Positions 24,431 through 37,372 of a stretch of DNA of 64,000 nt are shown piece by piece. The notes beneath the pieces are model-generated. The model searched no databases and was not told the DNA's origin. It was given only the letters and a program-made list of their open reading frames with translations. The stretch lies in assembly GCF_009914755.1 (NCBI RefSeq), contig NC_060927.1; one strand, 5' to 3'. The stretch is from the human T2T-CHM13v2.0 reference genome, Homo sapiens. The number at the start of each line of letters is the position of its first letter. Position 1 is the stretch's first letter. The translations under genes were made by a program, and so were the position numbers.

Positions 24431-25372
24431 ATGGAAGAGGAAAATGCAACATTGCTGACAGAGTTTGTTCTCACAGGATTTTTATATCAACCACAGTGGA
24501 AAATACCCCTGTTCCTGGCATTCTTGGTAATATATCTCATCACCATCATGGGGAATCTTGGTCTGATTGCTGTCATCTGGAAAGACCCTCACCTTCATAT
24601 CCCAATGTACTTACTCCTTGGGAATTTAGCTTTTGTGGATGCTTGGATATCATCCACAGTGACCCCAAAGATGCTGAATAACTTCTTAGCTAAGAGTAAG
24701 ATGATATCTCTCTCTGAATGCAAGATACAGTTTTTTTCGTTTGCAATCAGTGTAACCACGGAATGTTTTCTCTTGGCAACGATGGCATATGATCGCTATG
24801 TAGCCATATGCAAACCTTTACTTTATCCAGCCATTATGACCAATGGACTGTGCATCCGGCTATTAATCTTGTCATATGTAGGTGGTATTCTTCATGCTTT
24901 AATCCATGAAGGATTTTTATTCAGACTAACCTTCTGTAACTCCAACATAGTACATCACATTTACTGTGACACTATCCCATTGTCTAAGATTTCTTGTACT
25001 GATTCTTCTATTAATTTTCTAATGGTTTTTATTTTCTCAGGTTCAATTCAGGTATTCAGCATTGTGACTATTCTTGTATCTTATACATTTGTTCTCTTCG
25101 CAATCTTAAAAAAGAAATCTGATAAAGGTGTAAGGAAAGCCTTTTCCACCTGTGGAGCCCATCTCTTCTCTGTCTCTTTATACTATGGACCCCTTCTCTT
25201 CATTTATGTGGGCCCTGCATCTCCGCAAGCAGATGATCAAGATATGGTGGAGCCTCTATTCTACACTGTCATCATTCCTTTGTTAAATCCTATCATCTAC
25301 AGTCTGAGAAATAAGCAAGTCACAGTTTCATTCACAAAAATGTTAAAAAAACATGTTAAGGTTTCATACTAA
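24431..25372 (+). CDS. OR5H1: Olfactory receptor family 5 subfamily H, 313 aa
   Basis: Intact ORF with OR motifs: N-glycosylation [27 protein letters not shown]97/C169/C179/C189, [23 protein letters not shown]. Confidence 0.95.
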   Translation: MEEENATLLTEFVLTGFLYQPQWKIPLFLAFLVIYLITIMGNLGLIAVIWKDPHLHIPMYLLLGNLAFVDAWISSTVTPKMLNNFLAKSKMISLSECKIQFFSFAISVTTECFLLATMAYDRYVAICKPLLYPAIMTNGLCIRLLILSYVGGILHALIHEGFLFRLTFCNSNIVHHIYCDTIPLSKISCTDSSINFLMVFIFSGSIQVFSIVTILVSYTFVLFAILKKKSDKGVRKAFSTCGAHLFSVSLYYGPLLFIYVGPASPQADDQDMVEPLFYTVIIPLLNPIIYSLRNKQVTVSFTKMLKKHVKVSY

Positions 25373-25503
25373 TATCCTTTCTCTAATTACAAAAATAGTC
25401 ACAAAATTATGCAAGTTAGAGGTACCTATGTTGTTTCCAGTGTTCAAACATTTTTGCAAGTACAACTGTTCTAGCACTTTAGTGAGCTAATGTTTTAGTA
25501 CCT

Positions 25504-25509
25504 AATAAA
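25504..25509 (+). terminator. Candidate polyadenylation signal for OR5H1 (paralog 61506-61511; not retained at the aligned OR5H14 site, next AATAAA there at 42282-42287)
   Basis: First AATAAA after the stop codon; AT-rich context makes it weak evidence. Confidence 0.35.
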
Positions 25510-28291
25510 CTAATCGCAATATGTCTATATGTTATTCAAAAGCATTCAAGAAATTTTCATACTGTTCATAATAGAATAATGACTGTAGAAATCAAATAAA
25601 ACTATTTAACAGTTGTATATGTTATTCAATGTGCATTTATAAATGCATTAATTGCTAAAATAGCCTAGTTTATCATATAAGGACTTGAGTATGATGGTTT
25701 TGATACTAATACTACTGAATTACCTGCGATATCCATCATATACCATAACTGAGGCAGATTTGTTTTTGAGTGAACAGAGGTAAGTCCCAATGATTCTGCT
25801 AACCATCAAGGTCTTCCATTTCATTATATTAGGAAAGGGTGAATTCTGTTTCTTGAAGGAAGTCAACTCGCAGGTCAGACAGAAATGGAAATGCAATGAG
25901 AAAAATAAAAATAGAAGGAATGAACAGTGAAGGCACTGCCATAGTGTAAGAGCATGCTCTTAACTCTATGTGCTCGTATGAGTAAGAAGAGGCAAGCTGC
26001 CTCTCACTTTCTAGGATGGCTTCTAAGGCCCTTCCCAGCTATGATTATATGATTTTAGACAACCTGGAAGCCTTCCCTAATTCAGGAAATTAAAAGATTA
26101 AATAGAATAACTGCATTTGGAGTAGACATAGAGAAGAAATAAGTATCATAAAAGAAAGAAAGTGGTCTTAATGTTTTTATGATGAAGCTACCAAGATGTG
26201 TAAAAATCAATAATATTGCAAGGTTGTTGGAATGTGTTGTTATCAACAAGAAGTTTTAAATGCCTGTCATGTAAGTTCAAATAATGTTAACATGATACGA
26301 CATCATGGTGCCCAGCAAGAGGAAGCAAAAACAAAAAAATGAGGTAAGATTTTGGAGATTTTTTGCCTCGGAAAGTCATTGATTGTTAACCTTCTTAACA
26401 CTTCTTGTACTTCAAGTATGTTAATCATCTTTCTACCAGTCCACCCTCTCCTTCATCTTTCAATACTGAAATTCCTTTCACATTCTCACTGATACTATTG
26501 AGGTCCCTAGCATAAAAACTACTCACATGTAGTTTTGCAAACCTCTAGTTACTTATTTCCTCCATCCTTCTAACAGTCACTCACTTCCCCAAAATGGCTG
26601 TTAGATTGTTTTTTCAAATGGAACTCTAACTAATTATATCCCTCTTCAATTCCTTTTGTTAGATTGTCATTGCTACCAGATTATATGCATGTATGTTTTA
26701 GGTATCTTATATCTATATGTATACATATGCATATGTTTAGTTTTTCATATGTATACATAGTGATACAAGATATATATTAGTACTTATATAGTTAAAATAC
26801 AAATGTAGCAGCATTAGAATTTAGAGTTTATCTGAGGAGACTCGATTTATTTTGCAACACCAGATTGCATGTGGTATGGGGATTTCCTGAAGGTGCAAGA
26901 GAGGAGATAAAGGCTTTTACAGGGCAAATGTGAAAGTATGGCAAAAGTAAAGATTGTATTGGTTAAAGTGGAGCAGTAGTGTTATTTTGATCATTCCAGT
27001 GGAAAATTCCTAGTTAGAAATTAGCTGGGGTTTTTGGTTGGTTAAAGTTAACTTTTGTTTTACCATTTACAATGAGTTGGATTCCTGTTTGCTTAGGTAC
27101 AAACCCACTTTGCTGGACCCACGTCAGCCTGATATACTTTTATTTAATTATTTTAACTCATTATGGTCAGCCTCTCATTATGGGATATTGACTAAAACTC
27201 AGGCATACTTGCACTCTCTGTGGCCAGCACAGCTGGTTTGTCTTTGTCTCAGCATGGAACTCATAAGTTACAATGTCTGGTCTCTTACAGAAGTGTTTCT
27301 TTTATGGACACTTTGTTTTTGTTATTCTAATCATAGTGAGAAAATCTGGCACAGTGTAGTGGCTACAAACTTGTATTTAAAACTCTTGAGAGAATACAAC
27401 ACACCAAGAAGATGACAATGACTATCACAAACATAGTACCAAGGGACTGGGGTATGCTCCATAGCCAAAGTACGTATGAACAAAACCAACTGAAATAAAC
27501 CAAATGAAAATAATAAAAGGTTAATGGTTAAAACTACCTATAAGCTTAGCATGTGAGCCAGAGGGCAGTTAGTTGAGAAGACTTTTAGATTTAAGCTCAA
27601 AGCATCTTTAGATGATGAAATAAAATGGCAGTTGCAGTCTGATAATTTTTCTGTTTTTTAGTCTGAATGTCTTTTGTCATGTCATTGAATGTTTGGTGAA
27701 CTTCCTGAGTGGGACACTAAGCATCATGCATGAAGATTATCCTCTGACATTTATATCAAGTTGTCCAGCCCTAGCTTGTAGCGCTTCAGGAATAGGACAG
27801 TTTCTAAGTAGATAATAAAACATCAAAGACAATGGACAGAACTGGAATTTAATTATGGGTGCGCTATATTTTTCTACTGAAACATGATTTTTCCCTCCAT
27901 AATCAGGCCATTTCTTTCAAATGTAATTATAGTAAGACTAATTTATTTACCAACTAGATCTACCCTCATTAAGCTTCAAGTGAGTATTTACATAAGTGCA
28001 AGTTGGAATAGGAATTGATCATCTCTTTTTAAGAAGGCCTCATTACGACCTTTACTAAATAATCTCCGATTAGACTTTAAAGTTTCTTCAAGCTATAAAG
28101 TCACACCAACAACATACCATTAGTTTCACCTGCAACACTGATACATTTAGGTAAACTCCCCTGTACTCAAAAAGGTCCTAAAAGTATATTTCAGTTCCTG
28201 GGCCTTCCAGAGAGTAAGGTCTTTCTTCCTCTTTACCAATATGGCTAGAAAGCTTGTGAGCAGCTATCAGCCCAGATTTTCTAAAGGAACT

Positions 28292-28714
28292 GGCTGTAGT
28301 TATTTTTCTGATACCTGCAAATCTCATATTAAAATTTGATTCCAAATTCTGGAGGTGTCGAAGATGGGAGGTGTTTGGGTCATGGGGGTCGATCTCTCAT
28401 GAATGCCTTGGTGCCATCATCATAGTAATAAGCATGTTCTTACTGTCTTAGTTCCCATGAGGGCTGGTTGATAAAAGAGCCCAGCACTCCACTCTCTCTC
28501 TTTCCTTTCCTCTCTCACCACGTGATCACCACACTTGCCAGCTCCACTTCGCCTGCTGTCATGAGTGAAGTAGGCTGAAGCTGTCATCAGAAGTGGACAT
28601 TTAAGCCTTGTTTTCTGTATAGCCTGCAGAATTGTTCTCCAAACAAACACCTTTTACTTATAAATTACCCAGCCTCAAGAATTTCTTTATTGCAACACTA
28701 AATGGAATGAGGCA
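28292..28714 (+). mobile_element. MSTB-like MaLR solo LTR
   Basis: gggaggtgtttgggtcatggggg..ataaattacccagcctca..tttattgcaacactaaatgga..ca. Confidence 0.8.
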
Positions 28715-29737
28715 GGGCTTAATTGGATGCATAAAGTCAATTCTTAGTTTCTTAAAATTCTCCAGTCATATCTAATTTTATGCACATTCTCCAATGTGAC
28801 ATTCCAGTCACAGTAGTGGTAATATAACCATAATTATGTTATATTGTAATAACAGATTCTGATTAAAATTTTGCAAATACCTATATTGCAATCAAAATAA
28901 AAATGCTCAATGATGATTTCTGAATTCTGGAGAGGTCAGCTAAGGAGAAGAAGGTAAACGTATTAATTCTGTTTACAAAAGGTATACTTGGCCAGATTGT
29001 TTGCAAAGTTTCTTTAATTCTGGTCTCGTGTTGTGTTTCTAACGTTATCAGAAATCTTTACTTGTCAGAGCCTTTTCCGCAAATCTGTTGAGATTAGACA
29101 GATACTTTGCATACAGGGATGTTTCCTTTATGTTATTTAGTGGTATTTATTACCACACATTAACTAGAATTCTAAACTCTTAGTAACTTTCTTTTCTGGG
29201 ATAGAAGCGATTGACAAATATACATCACACCGGCATTTTACAGATTGGCAAATCTACGAATATACAATTTCATAATTCCTAGAAGTATGTGCTTTCCCAT
29301 TATATAATTTTTCAGTGTGCCACAGGACATGTTGAACACAAATATGAACACAAAAGTGAACCCAAATATCTTTGTTTCTTCTGTAATAAGAAGTCCAAAA
29401 TAGAGAAGTGTATGTTCAGCAATTAGTCTTTTAAAAAAATGTTGTTTGGAAATAATCCAGATATTCAATGACTATTGATAATTTAATCAACTGTGTGAAA
29501 CTCTAAGGGTTTAATTTACCACAGAGAAGTGGGAAGGTATTTTTAAGTAGACTTCTTATTAAACATAATTATGGTTTAAAAGTTCATTTATAAACGTATA
29601 TTGTACTTACATCTATTTAATTCACTTATTCTGAATTGTTTGGTTTACTCATGAAAATTTCATAAGACATTAGACACAGCCAGTCATCGTTTCAAATTAC
29701 TTTCTTGTTAACTACATTTACAGCACGTTTATGTCAG

Positions 29738-30214
29738 TGTAGCAGGACGAGCCGTGGGCAAAACCCCTCAGACACCGAGATAGTGAAGGGAGTGGCTTTA
29801 ATCAGATGGGAGCATCGATAGGCTAGCGTCTTAAAATCCGAGCTCGTCAGGTGCTCAACTTCTGTCCCTTTTAAGGGCTCACAACTCTAAGGGGGTCCGC
29901 GTGAGAGGGTCGTGATCGATTGAGCAAGCCAGGGGGTACGTGACAGGGGCTGCGAGCACCGGTGGTCAGAGTGAAACAGAACAGAACGGGAGGTTTCACA
30001 ATGTCCTACCATACGATGTCTGGAATCTATAGATAACAACAGTTGCTAGGTGAGGGGTCGAATTTTAACAACCAGGCTTAGGTCAGGCAGGCCCAGGCCT
30101 GGTTTCGGGTCTGGTTCCTAGACGCCAGGCTACCTGCCTTTAGTTTCACTTCTCTTTCCTTTTCTGAGTATAAAACAATATAAAACAATATGAGAGGGTC
30201 TCTCTCTTCCCTCA
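29738..30214 (-). mobile_element. Relatively young ERV1 solo LTR (LTR15/LTR6-like)
   Basis: TG..CA termini; reverse strand starts TGAGGGAAGAGAGAGACCCTCTCATATTGTTTTATA; perfect 4-bp TSD TCAG (29734-29737, 30215-30218); CpG-rich. Confidence 0.85.
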
Positions 30215-30778
30215 TCAGTCAGTCATCATAAAAGCAAAAATCTAAAAGTCAAATATGTGTTTTTTTGTTTTATTGCCGTGCCTGATATATATGAAGTAAA
30301 TGCCATTATATTTTCACATAGGTGTTTAAGTTGAATTGTTAGTTTTCTGACTTTAAACATCAGGCAGAGATAATATAAACTTACTTGACTCGTAAACTCA
30401 GATAATATAAAAGTTGTGTGTTTGTATTATATTTAATTCTGAAAACTCTAAAGAGATGTCTATTTTAATTAAACCAACAAACTTGAAATAGCTTTGACTT
30501 AACAGAGAATATCATAGATAATGTGAATCTGAAAAATATAATGGTGAATTTCTATCTTTCTGAGTTTAAGGAATCCTTAGTTTATATAAGCACATATTCT
30601 TCAATAAGCCAAATAAATAGAGCTCTATTAAAATTAGTTTTGCAGTACCATCCAAAGGTAGCAAAATGTCACACATACAAACATATATAGACATACATAA
30701 ACATACAGAAAGAAGCAAATATTATAGTGTTCATTCTAAAATTGTAGCCATATGTCAGGTACAATAAGAACAAACTCA

Positions 30779-31111
<333 letters not shown>

Positions 31112-32319
31112 CTATCTAGACATGAACTGTGTTTCTCCTAGTTGGAACAAGTTAAGATGTCCTGTCCAGATGGTCAAAGCTTTTTATTAATATTTTTGGA
31201 AAGTGTTTTTACTATTTTTCTTTTGCTCCATTTACAAATGCCTCTTTTTTGTTCAGATGTGACGTGTCCTTGCAATTTGCTTGTAAAAGATAAAGCTCTC
31301 ATGCCTTACAGTAAACATGTAAGAATATTTACATGTTAAGTCACAGTGCTTAGATTTCAGACTTAAATACCATCATTTTCCAAAACAAATAAACAAAAAA
31401 GAGTGTTGATAGAGACCTAATTAAGACAAGACAGCCAAGACAACCACCTTAAACAAAGGTAAGGTTTGTGATGTAGATTAACTTAATGCCTTCACCTTCT
31501 CCATTATTTAGAGATTTAGTCCTACTACTCTTCTTGGACCAGATATGTAGAACTCTTACAAATGGAGATTCCTTTAAATTTCTCTTCTAAAGAGAATCTC
31601 AAAAATAACCAAGCCAAAATAGTCTTTATGCCAATAGGTAAAATATTTTGGTAATTATTTGGCCCCATCATTCACATATCATTCCAGTTTTTGTTTTGTA
31701 ACTACATTAAAGATTTCAGGGTGGATCTTATCAATGAATAGGACAAGGATTTTCTATGCCTGAACTCAACATAGATTGACCACAATGTTTTACAAATAGT
31801 ACCTCTAATCTTGCCTTATATTCAGAGACTGGTTTGTCCTTTTTTCTTTGTTTGCATTACAGACAAGTGAGTTTTTGAAGAAATACTTTGGGGATGGATT
31901 CTAAGAGATTATTTCTTATTTCCTCAGCACTTTTGGTCTTTCCCTGGAAGATTGAGGGATTGGATCTTTGCATACCTATCTTAGGTATGCAACATTTAGC
32001 TTCAGCTACAGGCTTCACTAGGTCCCAGGATCATGTGAATAAACTGGTACAGGGAGTCCTAAATCATATGATCCAAGAAGAATTAGAAATTCCACAGAAA
32101 ATGTCTGGGGCATATGTTTGGGCTGGATATTTTTCGCTATTGCTCTGAGCTCAGATTTTGATCAAGGTATAAAAATGGTTAAAGAAGGCAGGCCTGGTTC
32201 ATCTGATGAACTGACTTTATAAGAAAACTGACCAGTTTTCTTTTACTCTTTCAGGTGAAAACATAATTGAGCAGAAGACTTAGTAGACTCAGAGTTATGA
32301 GATAGAGGATAATATAGAG

Positions 32320-33472
32320 AACATTATGAAATAAAAATGAGAAAACATTTCATAACATTATGAAAATGAGAAAAATCTCACATAGGAATATTTTGTCACT
32401 GAATCTGAAATAGGGAAATTAGACAGTACTTCTAAACTCCAAGCAGACTTTCTTCATTCCTGGGTGTAGGCCAAACTGCATGTGGGAAAAATTTACTTTA
32501 TAGTGTTTGACTTTGAAACAAAGATGGTAAGAGCCCCTTGTCAAGGCAAACCTCCTCCTTTCTTGGGGTCCAGGCCACAAGATTAAATATTATGGCTCCA
32601 GAGTCATGCAGCCAGAGGCCATAATATTCCTAACCTCCCTAATTACTTCTGTAGATAACATTATTATTGTAAAACCAAAGATTTTTAGACCCTGTATTCC
32701 GATGAAACAACTGGCACCATCCAGACTGTAATCTTGCTTCTCTGGTCTTATAGCTCTTTTCCAGAAACTGGTTTACTACAAGAGGACAGCTTCAGCTTCA
32801 TATGCATTTATCCCCAAACTAACAAATCAGCATTCCCCATTTCCTAGCCTCCTGCCTAAAAAACTATCTTTAAAAACCCTTAGACTCTGTCTGGGCACAG
32901 TGGCTCGTGCCTTTAATCCCAGAAAATTGGGAGGCTGAGGTGGACAGATCAATTGAAGCCAGGAGTTCGAGACCAGCCTGTCCAACATGGTAAAACCCTG
33001 TTTCTTATAAAAAAATACAAAAATTAGCCAGGCATGATGATGCATGCCTGTAATCCTAGCTATTTGGGGGGTTGAGCCATGAGAATCACTTGACCCCAGG
33101 AGGGAGAGGTTGCAGTGAGCAGACATCCGGTCAGTGCACTCCAACCTGGGTGACAGAGTGTGACTCTATCTCAAAAAAAAAAAAAAAAGAAACAAAAGAA
33201 AAAAAAGAAAGAAAAAGAAAGAAAGAAGAAAGGAAGGAAGGAAAGAAGGAAGGAAGAGAGAGAGAAAGAAAGGAAGAAAGAAAGAAAAAATAAAAAAAAC
33301 CCAACACTCTAGCCTCTGAATATTTGGAGAGTTTGACTTGAGTTATAATTAATCTCTATTTTCCCATTTAGCCAGCTTTGTGTGTATTAAACTTTTTCTG
33401 TATTGCAATTCCCCTGTCTTGATAATTGGCTCTATCTGGGTAGCAGACAAGAAGAACTACTTGGTGGTAACA
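32320..33472 (+). mobile_element. LTR8-family ERV1 solo LTR with scrambled 5' end and nested Alu; paralog of 46397-47132
   Basis: cttctaaactccaagc..ttcattcctgggtgtaggccaaact..aaacaaagatggtaa..ctctatctggg..ggtaaca. Confidence 0.75.
32888..33300 (+). mobile_element. Alu with expanded A/GAAA/GGAA tail
   Basis: Alu body 32888-33173 followed by about 125 nt of purine-rich simple repeat; absent from the paralogous LTR at about 46965. Confidence 0.9.
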
Positions 33473-33536
33473 TAGAGAGAAGGAGCAGTTGGAGTTAAGT
33501 TAGTCAATGACTTACACCTAGACTCTATGGGAAAAA

Positions 33537-33591
33537 TACACACACACACACACACACACGCACACACAGACACACATAAACACACACACAC
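33537..33591. repeat. Interrupted (CA)n microsatellite
   Basis: Directly visible. Confidence 0.95.
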
Positions 33592-33904
33592 ATATTCTAA
33601 TTGAATATAAAGATAGAATGACATTTTGAAGGTATAGTCAGAGAACCACCTATGAAGGAATACCTTGCAAGACTGTTTTTGTTTTTTCTCTTCTTTTCCC
33701 TTGACCATTGCCTAATAAAATTTCTTCACAAATTTCAGCTCCCTGAAAGTTAGGTAAATATCTGGAGTTTGAGCTGCAGTTTGCTTGAGGGGGACAATTT
33801 TACTTGTGATTGGCTTGTGAAGGGAATCTAGATCATTGGCCTTATTAAAATCATGACTAGCTCAGATGAGACTATACTAATCAAAACATTAAGACCATCC
33901 AATT

Positions 33905-34056
33905 TTTAAAAATCAACTTTATTTTCAGTTCTAGGGTGCATGTACAAGATGTGCAGATTTGTTACAAAGGTAAACATGTGCCATGGTGGTTTGCTACACA
34001 GATGAACCAATCACCTAGGTTTTAAGCCCAGCATCCATTAGCTATTCTTCCTGATG
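33905..34056 (-). mobile_element. Short 3' end of a primate L1 (L1PB/old L1PA)
   Basis: tttgttacaaaggtaaacatgtgccatggtggtttgct..aagcccagcatccattagctatt; absent from the paralog at about 47510. Confidence 0.8.
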
Positions 34057-35779
34057 AAGAACATCTAATTTTATAAAAACTTCAGTTTGTATAAAATGTC
34101 ACTAGTGTCGCATGTTGTGGAAAATTGTGGCATAAAGTATAATTTCAATTGTGAAAACTAGAACTAACTTCCAGTGACTTAATGTGTATGATTCTGAAGT
34201 CCGTATTACACTGTAGAATAATCTGTATTTCTCATACATATCTAAATCCACAATGCCCAGCTGAACATTTTCACTTCATCCAAGTGGAATTATTGTCACT
34301 TGTTCTTTATATTGTCTGCCTCAGGATTTATTCTTTTGCTTACTTGATTCTGCTAAAAATCAAACAATCAAACAAAAAACTGATGGAAAATAAAGTGCTC
34401 TCAACACCAGAAGCGAGATTTTTGGAAAAATTTAATCACTGCAACTAAAAGGGTAGAGTAACAGTTAAATATAGAATAAACTTTCAGACAGTGCTAACAC
34501 ATTCATGAACAGTATAAAATTTATAGGTAAAATTTCAAGTTAAAGTCTCTTTATCAAACATTAATTCCATAGAAAAATAAACTTGAATTTTTTTAAAAAA
34601 AGAAAATGAAAAGACTCTCAAAGCTCTCTCTAGCAGCAATGAACACCAGAGTTGATGCAGGCATTTAACCCAAACTTCGGAGCCTTTCCCTTTATTTTGG
34701 CTTAATGCATTTCTGATACTTTCTGTCTCCCTCTTTACTGACGTGTCTTTCTTGCATTTACCATCTATGACATGATTACTCTGTGCCTATTTTTCTTCCT
34801 CCTTGTTTTATTTCACCCACACAAATTTCCATTTCCACATTTCCTATCCCTTTCTTCTCTTGACAACTTCCTCTCACTTATCTATCTTTACCTATGAGAA
34901 CTTTTCTTAAATACTCTAATGAAGTAAAACATTAGTTTATGAGCAGCAGACAAATGTGAATTTTTCTCCATGTGTGGCAGAGCAGTCTACCTCATCCCCC
35001 CATTGCTGTGCTACTTCTTTCCACTTCACTTCTTATTTGCTGACTTTTAATCTATTACTTGAGAATGCTCTCACTAAAGCCACTAAAAATGGCTTCCTTT
35101 CTACACACAGTGATTTCCCTGGACTCGTTTTCCTGTAGAGCATTTATTTCATCATTTTTCCCTGTGCTTTACTTGGTCACACTTATCTTTCCTCTCCCTC
35201 TCTTTATGTCCACAAAACCCAGCTTTCTAGTTCCCTCTTGCTTCTTCCCTTGATCACTCTGTTCACTGCCTTTTTCTGTTATCTCCCTTGTCTCTCTTTT
35301 GAACATCCAGGGCTTTGGGTTGCAATGGAAAAATTTTATTGAATGGATATTGACTCCAATATAGAAATGGTAGAGAAGGTGGAGGAATCAACTGGAAAAT
35401 AACGGCAGAAACAGAAGGAAGTAAATCAGCTAGTCAGCAGCCAAAGTCCCTTCCCAACAGTAAATTCATGAGTGTGGCTGTTTCTGCTGCTAAAACACAG
35501 CTCATATTTTCAGTAGCATTGGTGTAGACATAGGATGCACGTGCTGGAATCTTAATGTTTTTGCCTCAATTGACTTCGCACTAATTTTTTTTTATCTATG
35601 TACATTTGTCTCCATCTCTCTATATCAAACTGTATTTTGGGTGGGTTTGATTGGGCAAATCTAGGTGAAATTCTTTGTTTGCCACCAAAACCCATGTGGT
35701 AGAAAGGGGTTCCAGGTGTTGGCCTGGAATGACTTGCATTGCCTTCATAACCTTTTAGTATGTTTCTCAAAATGTTTTG

Positions 35780-37372
35780 TATTTCAACTTTTATTTTAGA
35801 TATAAAGAGTACATGGGCAGCTTTGTTACTTTGTTACTTGAGTATATTGAATGCATGTAGTGAGCATAGCACCCAACAGGTAGTTTTATTACTGATTCCT
35901 TCTTTCCTCCCTCCTCAATCTACTAGTCCACAGAGTCTATTATACTCATGTTTATGTCCTGTGTTCTCAATGTTTAGCTTCCACTCATAAGTGAGAACAT
36001 GTGGTATTTGGTTTTCTGTTCCTTCATTAGTTCATTTAAGATTATGGCCTCCAACTACACCTATGCTGCAGCAAAAGACATGATTTTTTTTCCTTTTAAG
36101 GATGCATAGTATTCCGTGATCTATAGGTACCACGTTTTATTTATCCAGTCTACCACTGATAATGACTTAGGTTCATTCCACGTCTTTGCTATTGTGAATA
36201 GCGCAGCAATGAACATATGAGTACATGTGTCTTTATAAACAAAATAGCATAGTTCTGGTACAAAAACAGACACCTAGAACAATGGAACAGAGTAGAACAC
36301 TCGGAAATCTAGCCACAAACTTACAATCATCTGAACTTCAACAAATCTGACAAAAAGTGCAATGGGGCAAGAACTGTCTACTCAATAAATGGTGCTGGGA
36401 TAACTGACTAGCCATATGAAGAAGAATGAAACTGGCTAGCCATATATAGAAGAATGAATGCCCCCCACAACCTGTATCAAGGGGAAACTGGATGGGGGCT
36501 ATCCCTAGTGGGGCAGCTCCTCAGTTCTGTGCACCACCAAACTTAGCACAGTCAGGTGATTGAATCCAAATTCATTCAGAACGTCGTTGAGATGAGGCGC
36601 TGTGTGGTGGAAGGAGAATGGCATTTGGAGCCAGATGAGCTAGGTTTGAGTCTTATCTCTTGTCCCATACCTTTCTCCATATAGAAAAATTAACCCAAGC
36701 TGGATTAAACATTTAATGTAAGAACTTATTCTGTAAATATCCTAGGAGAAACCCTAGGGATACCTTTCTCGACATCAGCATTGGAATAGAATTTTGGTTA
36801 TGTCCTCAAAAGCAATTGCAACAAAAACAGAAATTGACAAGTGGTCCTTAATTAAACAAAGGAGCTTCTGCACAGCAAAATGAACTATTGTTAGAGTGTA
36901 TAAGCAATCTACAGAATGGGAGAAAATATTTGAATACTATGCGTTCAATAAAGGTCTGCTATCCAGAATATATAAGGGATCTAACAAATCAACAAACAAA
37001 AAACAAATAACCCGTTCACCAAAGAGCAAAGTGCATGAACAGACGCTTCTAAAAAGACCATACAAGTGATCATGAGACGTGAAAAAATGCTCATCATCAC
37101 TAGTCATCAGGGAAAGGCAAATCTAAATTAAAATGAGATGTCATCTCACACCAGTCAGAATGACTATTATTAAAAAGTCAAAAAAACAACCGATGCTGGA
37201 GAGGCTACCGAGAAAAGGGAACACTTATACACTATTGGTGGTAATATAAATTACTTCAGCCACTGTGGAAAGCAGTCTGAAGATTTCTCAAAGAACCTGA
37301 AACAGAGCTCCAATTTGACCCAGCAATCCCATTAATGGATATATACACAAAGGAAATTAGGTCATTATACCA
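35780..37372 (-). mobile_element. 5'-truncated, 5'-inverted L1PB-like element; paralog at 50615-51988
   Basis: 3' end antisense at 35780-36235, ORF2 C-terminal part sense at 36236-37372. Confidence 0.85.

Noticed and set aside
24496-24681. Alternative-frame [22 protein letters not shown].. present in all three OR genes (also 41184 and 60498)
   Set aside because: Shadow frame of a near-identical OR coding segment; its conservation follows from DNA identity.
27038-27415. 125-aa ORF with a similar-length ORF in the paralog (63059..63418)
   Set aside because: Lies in an ERV remnant, starts at a non-ATG codon, and the copies change frame relative to each other.
29330-29368. Three 12-bp units tgaac(a/c)caaa..; similar micro-duplications at 7630-7668, 21945-21980, 23412-23433 and 50974-50997
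   Set aside because: Ordinary slippage duplications; no repeat-spacer organisation, so not CRISPR-like.
33072-33293. Lys/Glu/Arg-rich ORF
   Set aside because: Translation of an Alu end and its purine-rich tail.
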